A DNA stretch of 56,819 bases, filler included, from Dugesia japonica (GCA_001938525.1; 6 parts of 6 records of this genome joined end to end with filler, not necessarily neighbours in it), one strand, 5' to 3'; positions 27,501-40,189 are shown, counted from the first letter of the whole stretch. Translations and numbers: made by a program. Notes: a model not told the origin generated them from the sequence alone.

Positions 27501-28551
27501 ATATAAAGACTCCTCACATTTCAGGCAAAACATAAAGTCTACTCAAAAAAAATTTAATCCAATTAAATTAAACGTAATTAAATTTCCCTCAAAATAAATT
27601 TCCCCGCTAAAATATTTTTCCGTCAAAAATTTCTTCCCCAATCAATAATATTAAAAGCAACCCTTCCCACTAAAAAATATCCAAAATACTCAAAAAATAC
27701 TCAAGAAATACATCATTTTTATTAAAATACATTTGCTTTCAACTAATTCACCATTTTAAGCAAAATACAGCATTTTTAAACAAAATAAAGATTTTGAAAA
27801 TTTATTACGTCATACACTCCAGCCAGAAAAATAAAATCTTATAAAATCCGATAATTAATTCTTTTTCCACCCATACCACTCTCTCAGTCCCAAAATTTTT
27901 TTAACACTCTGAAATTATTTGCAAACATCAACCAATCAAATTCAACCACAAAAAATCAGAAATCAAAGCACATTCGACATACAAAATTTGTACCATCACA
28001 TTACCTTTTTATCAATCTATCAATCAATAAAATCCAACTACCCCGTACAAAGTTACACCCTCACAAAAAATGCACCTTGATAACTCATATGACTGTGCCG
28101 TGGGGCAACTACTCTTCTAGCGAAAATCATCCATCCAACCTCAAAAGTCCTTTAGACAATATAAAGACAATATTTTTTTAAAATCACAATTAAATCTTAA
28201 AAACTTTCGAAAAATTATTTCCAAGATCTCCAGCTTTCCCTCGAGTCCAATTTCTTTCTTTCACATACACACATACCCATACACACAAACTCAACTTGAC
28301 CTACTTTAAATTTACCCCCTAAATAACTCAAACAAATACACATTTTTAAAATAAAATACACACACCACAAGGATCAAAAAAATCATATCTGATCAAAAAA
28401 ATGATCCGATCTAAAAAATTTGATCTCAAAAATCTAAGAAAAAAAACTTCCCAAAAAATCATAGCACAATTGTAAGCAGTTTCCGAGCCCCCCGGGGGGT
28501 CTCTTAAATTGTGCTAAAAAAATAGTGCCATGGCGCCACTGTCTATCTACT
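21582..28551. mobile_element. Non-autonomous Polinton/Maverick-like unit with AG...CT termini and diverged inverted arms, interrupted by a gypsy
   Basis: Left end AGTAATGCGATAGTAACGC, right end GCGCCACTGTCTATCTACT; 22010-22280 is inverted relative to 27215-27575, including GAGTTGCATC 10-mers; no matching TSD. Confidence 0.55.
22310..25510 (-). mobile_element. Ty3/gypsy remnant (RT, RNase H, integrase, interrupted 3' LTR)
   Basis: ORFs 24975-25316 (WNTPL, RLCLDFRQLN), 24744-24938 (YLDD), 23149-23391 (SPYHYNTNGQIER); 22310-22430 resembles the LTR at 38529-38681. Confidence 0.93.
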
Positions 28552-28783
28552 TTTTTGATATTATTTTTCTTTATTTTTCCAATTATTAATTATATTTTAT
28601 TCTAATTTTTCATCTACAGTTTGAGATTTACGATCTAAAAAATTAATTTTAGTCAATTTCAGTTAAGCTTGGTTAATTTCAGTTTAAATTAATCATTTTA
28701 AATCCTTATTTGTTAAATACTTTTATAATTAAAATAAGTACTCATATACTCAAGGTAGTTTCGACTACGATTATTTTACTTAC

Positions 28784-29976
28784 TTGCCTCAATCAAATTA
28801 GAAGATATTATATGCAAAGACTGACGAAATAGAAAAATGGAATTATTTCTGTAGATTTTGTAAATAAATGTTAGTAATTATTATGTTAATTATTANNNNN
28901 NNNNNNNNNNNNNNNNNNNNNNNNNNNNNNNNNNNNNNNNNNNNNNNNNNNNNNNNNNNNNNNNNNNNNNNNNNNNNNNNNNNNNNNNNNNNNNNNNNNN
29001 NNNNNNNNNNNNNNNNNNNNNNNNNNNNNNNNNNNNNNNNNNNNNNNNNNNNNNNNNNNNNNNNNNNNNNNNNNNNNNNNNNNNNNNNNNNNNNNNNNNN
29101 NNNNNNNNNNNNAAACTGCAAATTTGCCGAAATTTGATATTTTAAAGTAGATTCTAAACTTTCTATTGATTTTCTGCTTTGAAAATTTCTTACCACAATT
29201 ATCAATTTTTCAATTAGTATTTAAACAATTATTTCCTATAACGTTTTTAACTAAATAAACTAAAGTAATTATTTTCATTAATAATATACAAAATGTAAAT
29301 TAATATTATTTTTAATTATTCAAAACAATATCAATATCTAATTTTTGAAGTTAAATTAAAGCAGTTAAACAAGCGTATATTACATATACGCCATTTATAA
29401 TTGTAATTTAAACACGATATTAAGAATTAAATGAAATATTAAAAATAATAATTGCAGCACATTTGTTCCTGTTGAATATTATGTCAAAATATTGAACAAT
29501 ATGATAAAATAGTAAATTAAAATTATAATCTTAAAAAACATTTTATTTTATTAATAAAGTTAACAATTCAAAAGATTTATTTTTNNNNNNNNNNNNNNNN
29601 NNNNNNNNNNNNNNNNNNNNNNNNNNNNNNNNNNNNNNNNNNNNNNNNNNNNNNNNNNNNNNNNNNNNNNNNNNNNNNNNNNNNNNNNNNNNNNTTACAA
29701 CAATAACTAATAATATCCAATCGGTAAAGAATGAATCCATCCTTTTTGCCTGATTAAGTCTAAATTAATATTTTCAACAATTTTTACCAACATTACATTG
29801 AGTACTCATGGATAAACCATTGAAACAAAATACAAAAAATCCCAAAATTAATAAATATGCTATCTAAAAACGAAAAATAGTAATTATTTAAAATTTTATT
29901 TGATTTAAATTAACTAAGTTATTATATAAATTCTCAGAGATAAATTTGAAATTTTGTTTTCCTTAACATTTTTCAT
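28784..29976 (-). CDS. 5' part of a spliced host gene encoding a predicted secreted (possibly CUB-like) protein; exons 29968-29976, 29788-29863, 29708-29759 and probably 28784-28848
   Basis: GT-AG introns of 104 and 28 nt give MKNIAYLLILGFFVFCFNGLSMSTQCNVDLIRQKGWIHSLPIGYY (signal-peptide-like start); later exon NNSIFLFRQSLHIISSNLIEA with cag|...|gtaagt; intervening exons probably in gaps. Confidence 0.6.
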
Positions 29977-30168
29977 CCAAATATCAAACTGATATCTAAC
30001 GATAACAGCTATTTGAATGTTAAGAAATGTTTTACAGTTTTCTTAGTTTAATATGTTGCAATTTTATTACAAACATAAAGTTATCTTTTGTTTAATTATA
30101 TATATAAAAACATATTAGGCAGACAAAAACTTCAATAAATATAAATTTAAAATCGATTTTAGATGAAA

Positions 30169-30227
<59 letters not shown>

Positions 30228-30379
30228 NNNNNNNNNNNNNNNNNNNNNNNNNNNNNNNNNNNNNNNNNNNNTTAATTAATTAANNNNNNNNNNNNNNNNN
30301 NNNNNNNNNNNNNNNNNNNNNNNNNNNTGATTTTCAAAATGAATCAACAATTGAAGATTTACCTAACAATAATAATGAA

Positions 30380-30479
30380 AATAATATGTGAAAATTTATT
30401 CATCAATTAAAATCATTGTTTGCATATTAGTTGTGACAATTCACTCCTATAAAAAATATTTAAATAATAATATTAATAC

Positions 30480-30535
<56 letters not shown>

Positions 30536-31490
30536 NNNNNNNNNNNNNNNNNNNNNNNNNNNNNNNNNNNNNNNNNNNNNNNNNNNNNNNNNNNNNNNNN
30601 NNNNNNNNNNNNNNNNNNNNNNNNNNNNNNNNNNNNNNNNNNNNNNNNNNNNNNNNNNNNNAATAATTATATTAATAATAATATTTTCACAAGGTTAAAA
30701 AAATATTTGAGGCTCATCATATTTTACTGGAAAAAATTTAATGGTAGGGTGGGAAAGTTCACACTTTTAAAAAAAGTACATTTAAATAAGAACAATGATA
30801 TGTTTTTTAATATTCATACATCAATACAAATGATTAAGGTGTGAAGGCTCATACCATAATTGTAAAAATTCACACCCATAAAAAAACATTTTAGTAATAC
30901 TAATAAAAAATAAGGTGTGAAAATGCACATGCCGATAAAAAATCATTGTTTACAATTAGTTGTGAAAATTAACTTATATAAAAATATTTTAAATAGCATT
31001 AATAATAATAATATTAATAAGAATAAGAATATTGTATTTTATAAAGTTCAAGGCACCATGCTTTTATTTTTTAATAGAAAAATAATAAGATGTGAAATTT
31101 TTCATGTTAATTAAAACAAAAAAATTAATTTAAATTTTATAATGTTCAATGCACAACGCTTTTAATTTTTAATAAAAAATTAATAAGGTGTTAAATTTTA
31201 ACAATAAAAAAATTCATTTGAATTTTTTAATGCTCAAAGCGCCACATTTTTAATTTTTTAATAAAATAAATAATGTATGAATTTTTTTCATGTTAATTAA
31301 AACAAAAAAATTCATTTAAGGTCAACTGAATTGTAAAATTTCACATCTAGGTTTGTTTATTTTAAAGGTGTGAAAATTCACACCTTGAGTATCAATATCC
31401 ATTGTTTACATTAAGGTGTGAAAGTTCACACTTAATGTGTCAATTTCACAGTTTACATTAGGGCTGGGAAGTTCACACCTGAGATAATGT
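30380..31490. repeat. Array of palindromic GGTGTGAA(N)TTCACACC motifs (foldback/MITE-like), partly duplicated at 31887-32330
   Basis: Many AAGGTGTGAAAATTCACACC variants. Confidence 0.6.
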
Positions 31491-32624
31491 AAACATCCTG
31501 GCCCGGAAACCACCTAACCACCTACTCATTCAGATTACCGTTTATTTTGCTCTATACTAATTTTAAATGGTAAATATTTCATTAATTAAATCTTACTTGT
31601 TGTAATGTTTTGCGATAAATTCAAAGGGCTCAATGAACGCAGAATTATTATGCTGTATGGACGATAACAACAGATTACTAATAATCATTGGCGCATACAT
31701 TTTTAAATAAAAATACATCGTGTTATAAATTTTCATATCTTTTTATTTCTTCAAAAAATGGACATTTGGTTGGTTGCGAACCCAATATTAGGTCGGCCCA
31801 AAAGTTCTGTTATAGCTGCGAAAAATTCAATTTATANNNNNNNNNNNNNNNNNNNNNNNNNNNNNNNNNNNNNNNNNNNNNNNNNNAAGGCACCATGCTT
31901 TTATTTTTTAATAGAAAAATAATAAGATGTGAAATTTTTCATGTTAATTAAAACAAAAAAATTAATTTAAATTTTATAATGTTCAATGCACAACGCTTTT
32001 AATTTTTAATAAAAAATTAATAAGGTGTTAAATTTTAACAATAAAAAAATTCATTTGAATTTTTTAATGCTCAAAGCGCCACATTTTTAATTTTTTAATA
32101 AAATAAATAATGTATGAATTTTTTTCATGTTAATTAAAACAAAAAAATTCATTTAAGGTCAACTGAATTGTAAAATTTCACANCTAGGTTTGTTTATTTT
32201 AAAGGTGTGAAAATTCACACCTTGAGTANCAATATCCATTGTTTACATTAAGGTGTNAAAGTTCACACTTAATGTGTCAATTTCACAGTTTACATTAGGG
32301 CTGGGAAGTTCACACCTGANATAATGTAAACATCCTGGCCCGGAAACCACNTAACNACCTACTCATTCAGATTACCGTTTATTTTGCTCTATACTAATTT
32401 TAAATGGTAAATATTTCATTAATTAAATCTTACTTGTTGTAATGTTTTGCGATAAATTCAAAGGGCTCAATGAACGCAGAATTATTATGCTGTATGGACG
32501 ATAACAACAGATTACTAATAATCATTGGCGCATACATTTTTAAATAAAAATACATCGTGTTATAAATTTTCATATCTTTTTATTTCTTCAAAAAATGGAC
32601 ATTTGGTTGGTTGCGAACCCAATA

Positions 32625-33890
32625 TTAGGTCGGCCCAAAAGTTCTGTTATAGCTGCGAAAAATTCAATTTATATATATTATTATCTTTTGTTTCAAATGT
32701 AATTATGTTTAAATGCTGTTTTTTCATTATCCTTAATTTTTGTTTAATCGAAAACTAATCGTTGCTAAGATTACAAGTATAATATTATATTATTATAATA
32801 ACTTTTTAATAAGTAAAACTGGCAAATGTTAAAGTTGAGCTTCGAGTTTTAATTTGATATGATTGGAAGCAACGATTTCCAACTAGAAATACTTAAAAGG
32901 AGATATGTGATATAGCGGGTAAAGTAACTGTAAATCATATGACTGAGTCACGTTGATACAAGCGATTTGATCAAGCAATATGAATTTTACAGATCAGCCA
33001 TGTTTTGGTTGGCCGTCAAAGTTAGATGACGAAAAATTATAAGCTACTTTAGAAACTGAAACATCATTAAGCAGTCATGATTTGTTATCTAAGCTTGGCT
33101 GACAAATACATAATTCATCGGCATCTTCAACCACTTGATTATTTTCACAAGAAGTTTTGTCTATATCCACACGACCTCATTGAAGAACAAGCAGTCCAAA
33201 AAGTAGAAATTTGTGGTAAACTGCTCACCAATTCATTGAATGATCGATTCTGAAAACGGAATGTGACTTCTGAAGAGAAGCTAGTATTTCTGGTCAATAA
33301 TAATCGAAACACGTTCTAGGTTATTCGAGGCTAGGCAATGCCGCCAGTTCCGCGTCAAGATTGATTTGGCAAGAAGGTCATGATTGTTTTCAAGGTGTTT
33401 TGCAATTCGAACTAGTTCCAAATTTTTGTGCTATCAATGCTGAAATATATTATTAGAAACGTGGCTGTGTGTACGATAAATCGGTGGAGAAAAATTTGAC
33501 TTTAATAAGTCGGAAACGCGCCTTGTTTTATCAGTACAACGCCAAGCCACACAATGCCAAAAGACTAAGGAAACATATGAAAGGTTAGAAAGTGTTGAGC
33601 TTTTGTCACATCTATCATACAGCACAAACATGGCACAATCTGACTACGATATTTTCAGATCTATGTAGCAATTTTTGAATAGGCGTCGATTTGAATCATT
33701 TTGTAAAGTTAAATTAGCGTGCCAACAATTCTTTCCTTTTAAAAAGCCAAATTGGTAGTTTGGACAGATTCGGAAACTGGAAAATCAATAACAAAATGTG
33801 GTGAATAATAGCTGTTTTTGTTTTTAAGTTCAAGAAAATATTCTTTTTGTATATTTTCGCAGCTGTGCCAGAACTTTAGGGACAAGCTAA
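32625..33890 (+). mobile_element. Full-length degenerate mariner element (~1.27 kb)
   Basis: TA-flanked TIRs TTAGGTCGGCCCAAAAGTTCTG / CAGAACTTTAGGGACAAGCTAA; PHDL and VTSEEK motifs and HLSYSTNMAQSDYDIFRSM (YSPDLAPSD equivalent). Confidence 0.9.
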
Positions 33891-34251
33891 TAAAATGCTG
33901 ATTTACAAATAGTTAATTATTTCATAATTTCTTGGAAATTAAATATTTAAATGGAATGCCTTTCATTTTATTTAAGTCAGTAGAATGTTATTATTTTACT
34001 TCTTCAAAAATTCTGAAAATAAATGTGCTGAGAAATTCACTACTCTAATAACAAACTACTTGGAAATGTTTATATAATAGTTTCATATAGATCTTTTCTT
34101 TTTTTCATTTTGCAATTTGAATAAGTACATTATTATAGGTTTAGGCATTAATAAATTTGATTATTTTGATTAATAATTCTAATAATTTCATTAATATATT
34201 CAATACTTTAATAAATCTATTAAATCATTTTAAAAGTTATAAACTATAAAC

Positions 34252-35192
34252 GGCACTTATACAGTATCCCTACTATTTTAAGAAATTAATTTTTTTAATT
34301 AATAACATTGTCCTTGCAATTCTAAATCGTTTACAATGTAAATTCTTAAAATTCTACCAAAAACTTTCAACATGATTTCTTGTACAGCCAGTTTCTGGAT
34401 CAATAAAATGTTCACAAAATCCATATTGTCCCAAATTATCATATGCAGCCCATTGATCACTCATAATTATAGACCCTGGTCTAATATATGTTAAAATTAA
34501 AAAATATTTATTAATATTCTAATTAAATAATTGACAACCATTTTTTAAAATATTTATTTGCTATCAATTTCGACGGAATAACCGTCATCGNNNNNNNNNN
34601 NNNNNNNNNNNNNNNNNNNNNNNNNNNNNNNNNNNNNNNNNNNNNNNNNNNNNNNNNNNNNNNNNNNNNNNNNNNNNNNNNNNNNNNNNNNNNNNNNNNN
34701 NNNNNNNNNNNNNNNNNNNNNNNNNNNNNNNNNNNNNNNNNNNNNNNNNNNNNNNNNNNNNNNNNNNNNNNNNNNNNNNNNNTAATTATTAAATCCACTG
34801 CACAGAATTTTAAAATCTGAACACCCTATTGATTTTGTACATTTTCTTCGATGCTCCATAATATTACTATTACCACTATTTCGACTATGCTCTTGAAATC
34901 TGGTGCAGAGATGACGTGAAGTCTCTCCAATGTATTTGGCGTTACACCCATTACATTTAAATTGATAGACCAGATTAGAGCACAAGCCTAAAGGGGTTAG
35001 ATTTATTATTGAACATATTTATAACTTTATGAGATTGAGAAACAACCTTTATATTTAAATTATTCTTAAGAGCATTTTCAATCGAAAGTTTGAATTTTTC
35101 TTTTCTAATTCTAATTCAGATATTTTATATTAAATAATTTATAATACAAATGAATTATTTTTTTAAAATAAGGGGGATACTGTATAAATGCC
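34252..35192 (-). mobile_element. Internally deleted Merlin transposon
   Basis: TIRs GGCACTTATACAGTATCCC / GGGATACTGTATAAATGCC, perfect 8-bp TSD CTATAAAC, transposase IRPGSIIMSDQWAAYDNLG...FIDPETG...NHVESFW. Confidence 0.9.
34500..35085 (-). mobile_element. Penelope-like element 3' fragment nested in the Merlin, with hammerhead at ~34555-34590
   Basis: GIY-YIG LVYQFKCNGCNAKYIGETSRHLCTRFQEH; minus strand [CTGA]CGA-T-GACGG ttatt CCGTC-GAAA-TTGA-TA. Confidence 0.9.
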
Positions 35193-37092
35193 CTATAAAC
35201 CATAAATTAAAAATTCTCTTTTAAGTATCTTTTATCTTTTATAAATTGTAAATTTAAGAAATTGTTTTATCACACATTTCTGTTAAAATCTTATAAATAA
35301 TTTGAATATTTATAATAACATATATTTTAATAATTTAATTTAAAATATTTAGTAAATATGATTTTAATAAATTTCGTCTCAATATCCGCATTTTTTTAAC
35401 AACTTTACAATATTATTGTATAACCCTGTATCAAAATTTTTTTGAAAATAAGTTCTCTAAACCAAGACAATTAATAAAACAAATTCTGATTGATATAACC
35501 TTTGCTATTGAAAATTCGAAAAAAAATGAGAGTATTTCGATTTAAATTTTTTATTTTTATGGATAAAACTAAAATATTTTGAAAATGCTCCGTTAAAATT
35601 AAAATAATTCTAAAAGTGTCTTATTTATTTTTTTCATGTTTTTAATAAAATTTAATCTTTAAATGAAAAATCAAATAATCTAAAAAAATATTTTTTAATG
35701 TGATTGTTAAAATAATAATAAATAATATTCAAGTTTTAAGTATTCATATTAAAAAGTCATTTTTAAATAAATAAAAATAAAATTTTTACGTTTTATTGAT
35801 AAATTAACCAATTATTTTTATTCAAAAATTAAATCAATCATTAATTCCAATATTTTTTTTATTTTTATCTAGACTTTTAAAACTGTTGATAATTTAATAA
35901 TGAGAAATAATCGATTTTGTAAAATTTTTTATCAATATTATAAAGATAATTTTAATTTTCATAATCAGATTTAATTAAAAAATACAAAAATTAGTTTTCA
36001 AAATAAAAATTTCAATTAAAAATTTTAGGTTAATCAAATCTTGTTTTGAATTACCGAAAGGAAATGAGAAAATTAATAGAAATTAATAAAAAAAAACAAA
36101 TACCGAAACTCGTCTGATCTATTAGTAGTCTTCTTGATTAAAATAATTTTAAATAAAATAATTTTCCTAAATCAACCACCTACTTTTAAAAGTTATTATA
36201 CTTGAGTAACTCATTTCATTTGGGAATCGTTGATCTAAATTTTAAATATTCAATGAAATTTCTAATGGAAAATTTTCTCTAATATGGTGAAAAAATTTAA
36301 ATAATCATTTATATAAATATCTGAAATTTAACACCGAGATTTCCAATTATTTCCTGATGTGACTCTCAATACAAACATTAAATTGCTAATATTATTTATT
36401 CTTTAACCTTCAGATATCGAATTATAGAGGAACAAATAAATCAAGCATGTGGAAATTATAATTTTTTATTTTTTTATTTAGAAATAAGTCAAAAATTAAT
36501 AAAATAAATGTTGGAAATCAAACAATGTAATATAGTTTTCATCATAAATATAGTTGTATTGTTTCTATCTAATTTGATCATTTTTATTGGGAAATTACAA
36601 TCCTATTGGATAGATTTTGGAGAGTTGATTGAATTTTTAATAATTAAAACTATGAAAAAATTCTTGAAATATCTAACGAAAATGAATTAAATTTTATTAA
36701 TATCATAGTAATTTTCATTGATATTCAGTTTAAAAACGCGAAACAAGATATGATAGTTTATTTAAACTATGGTACAATTTTTATACAAATAAATTTCTAA
36801 TTGGGGAACTNCACATATTAATACGCCGCGATAAATAAAGTTATTTTGAGACTGAAGACCCCATTTCTGGGCACGGTAGATTGGATGCCGCAAGGATATC
36901 AGTTAACAGGAATCGGAATCTACCAGCTGATTTTGAATGTCCTTTTCACGATCTAATGATGAAACTCTTCTAAGGCAGATAATTTTCAGAGAATTTGAAA
37001 GGACTTAACAGAAAACGCATGAACACACAAGACATTAAATACGAAGTGATGGACCCATTCTTGTACTGAAAATGCGTAAAGTTATCACTAAT

Positions 37093-37212
37093 AAAACACC
37101 AGCCAGGCTCAGTCGACACTGCTCATGTTGTAAGTACTAACGAGGCCTAGCGTTGCTTAACATTCCGAGATCGAACGAGATCAGGTGAATCCAACATAGT
37201 ATGTGCTCTTTC
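37093..37212 (-). ncRNA. 5S rRNA-derived sequence (5' ~80 nt 5S-like, 3' part non-canonical): 5S pseudogene or SINE3 head
   Basis: Minus strand CATACTATGTTGGATTCACCTGATCTCGTTCGATCTCGGAATGTTAAGCAACGCTAGGCCTCGTTAGTACTT matches eukaryotic 5S; box C absent; TTTT at 37096-37093. Confidence 0.8.
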
Positions 37213-38031
37213 GACTAAATTGATTAAATTTTTTAAGATATAAAAATATTTTTTAATTTTTGTAATTTTAATATATTTTCATGTTTTTTGATAGGTTTCT
37301 ATAAGTTTTATATTTTATTTTTTAAAATAATTTTCAATTTTATTATTTTATAGGTTTTGAAAAATTTTAATACAATTAAAAATTAAAAATTTTTGAAAAA
37401 AGTTTTTGATTTTTATAGGTTTAAAACAGTAATTTTAAAAAAAATTTATTATAGAGAAATAATTTTATTGGAATATTATTAGTTAAATTCAAAATCTCAC
37501 AACTCACCATAAATTTTTATTGATTATTACAAGTTTTTTTATTAAAATGAAAAAAATGCTGAAGAACAATTCACAGTATTCAAACAAATAATCTGAGAAA
37601 TTTTAATCAAATTTATTTTTTAAAAATATCGATTTTCCTTTTTAAAATATTTTATATATTATAATTTCAATTAAACATTTTTTATAAATTTATAATTTTA
37701 CATAATATAAAATATCGATTTTACTTTTAAAATATTTTAATTTCATAACATAATTTTTTATAATTTGAAAAATTTAGCTTCACTTTTTTCAATAATATTT
37801 GAAAGTTTCAGAAATATACTTTAAAATAATATATATGTAATATTATAAATAAAAATTAAAAAATCTCAGACATTGGAAATCTATGAATCGACATTACAAA
37901 TATAAATTAATTTTTTATTAAATAATTGTTCAAAATTTAAAAAATTAAGAATTATATCCATCTTATATTCCGTATAATTTCATTAACCTTTGTTTAAATA
38001 ATACAGACTGAATAAACTTATTTTTTCATTT

Positions 38032-38075
38032 TTGTCTGATGATGAGGAATGTTGATCTGTCGAAATATATAACAA
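38032..38075 (+). ncRNA. Degenerate PLE hammerhead in a solo pseudo-LTR
   Basis: TTGT-CTGATGA-T...CTGTC-GAAA-TATA-TA-ACAA, then AATAAA and AAATGGCGTT as in the 18.8-kb pLTR; stem II is mismatched. Confidence 0.6.
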
Positions 38076-38528
38076 TAAAATTTTTTTTTAAATGGCGTTA
38101 CATATTTTTATAAAATTTTATTTATTTTTTTGGTGTTTTTATTTTTAAAAAGAGATCTCTGAAATTAGAGAAATCAATTTAACATTTCTAGGAACTTATT
38201 TTATCTGGAAATCAAGAATCTCAAAATCTATCATATAAAATTTATTAATAAAAGAACTTCTGTCCGTAGAATAGAATGAACTCGTTACAAAAATAATATG
38301 TAGAAGTAAATATTTTACAAATAAAGACTATTAAAATGTACCATACAATTATAATACTAATAAAAAGAAAGTTTATTCAAAGTCGAAATGTTAATTAAAA
38401 AATTCGATATTGAAATTATTAGTCGAACAGAGTGGGTGTACGACAAAAAATCCCGGAGTTGAATATTTTTAATATTTTTTTATGACAGGGTGGAAATATT
38501 TTTTTGACGCCTTGAAATTACAATTTTA

Positions 38529-39508
38529 TGTAGAAGTTGTTAGACGAGTTTGAAGTACTCATCGGATCATCAATATCAAAACCCAATTCAATAGAAAATT
38601 TATTCACAAAACCAAACTCCTTCCAATAAATTTCGCTCAAAACATAAAACATTCAAATATGCTATTAAAAACAATCTTACATCCAACTTTTTGTAGAAAT
38701 TTTTTGATCTTCTCTATGTTTCTTTCAAGACCTTTACCGCTTGTATCTTCTAGGATTTAACATCTGTCAGAAACCTTCCTCTTGATTTTATAGGGTCTCT
38801 CATAACGATCTTGGTTGTTGTTTCTTGTTTCAACTTTCACTAAGACCTCATCACTGACCTCAAATTGTCTTTTGGTTAGTATCTCTTCATATTGCTCTTT
38901 GTGCACTCTTTGAGTATTTGTTTCGTACCATTTTTCTCTGCTTATTCTCTTCCCAAATACGATTTCATCTGGGCTTTTCCAATTAGTTTTCTGTTTTGTA
39001 GCATTCAAAGTAAATTCTATCTCTGGAAATACATCAGCCCAATCTGAGGTTTTCTTTTATTTAAGTGTCTCATTTTTCAAATCCCGCAAAGTTCTAAACT
39101 GTCTTTCGATTTTTCCATTTGTGTTATGATGATATGGACTTGAAAACCTGAGAATAATTTCTGTTCAGCTGCAAAATCTTTCATTGATTTAGACTCAAAT
39201 GCTCTTCTACAATCAATTCGAATTTCTCTCGGACACCCGAACTGTAATATCCACTTCTCCATTATTGTCTTCCGTATGATATCTTTGTCTTGTCTTGCTA
39301 TTGCTATCAAGGCTACATACTTACGGCATTGATCTATTATACCGAGAACATCTTTTTTTCGACCTCTTGTCTACTGCATTGGTCCACACACATCTATAAA
39401 TAACAACTCAAAAATGTCATTTTCTTCTAACTTTTCTTGCTTCTCTTGAATATCTACTGTATTTAACATCCTTGTTTTTAATTTTCCATTCTTGTGATCT
39501 TCAAATGA
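38529..39508 (-). mobile_element. Gypsy integrase remnant with PPT and short 3' LTR (38529-38681)
   Basis: ORFs 39077-39310 and 38757-39008; minus strand AAAAAGTTGGA|TGTAA...CTACA; same family as 22310-25510. Confidence 0.9.
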
Positions 39509-40189
39509 NNNNNNNNNNNNNNNNNNNNNNNNNNNNNNNNNNNNNNNNNNNNTTAATTAATTAANNNNNNNNNNNNNNNNNNNNNNNNNNNNNNNNNNNN
39601 NNNNNNNNTAATAAAAATTAACCTTATAAAGAAATTGTACTTGTTTGTTTTTTATTGTTATTTTCATTTATTTCCTTGGGAATACATTTTAGCGATTTTT
39701 TACCCGTGTTAATCTTACTCAGCATAAAATTCTTTATTGAATAGATGGGTTGATGATAACATTTGAAATACTTGTTATTTTTCGAAAAATATATGTAAAA
39801 TATTGAAAAACCAAATTTTTAACAAATTGGTATAAATGTATTTGAAATCTGAGCATAAAAATTATTTTTGAAAAATTTGGACTGTTCACCCCGATCACAA
39901 CTGTTCATTTGAGACATATTCATAATTTATTACACAATTAATAACTATAACTTTATTTAAACAACAAGGTTAAATAGAAACTAATAATTAATTAAAATAA
40001 TTTTAATCAATTTATATTGGCTGAAATTCTTCCTAATTATTGGCTTGTAAATTTCAAAAGGCAATTAATATAATTTATTAAAAAAATTGATTTTTGACAA
40101 AGGAAAAATAACAAGTTTAATCGAAATAATTTCCATTATTGTCATCTTAATTGAACATGTTTTTCTGCAATAACTCAAAATATATTATT

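Noticed and set aside
30388-30666. Poly-N/poly-X and antisense ORFs in the track (also 11081, 28868, 45207 and ORFs opposite gypsy pol)
   Set aside because: Artefacts of microsatellites, gaps or antisense frames
31048-32673. ~790-bp tandem duplication, giving duplicate ORFs 31688/32525 and an extra mariner TIR
   Set aside because: Near-identical copies on either side of an N gap; most likely an unmerged contig overlap
36100-36235. Possible 33-nt exon and 22-nt intron on the minus strand
   Set aside because: Joining the exons produces an immediate stop
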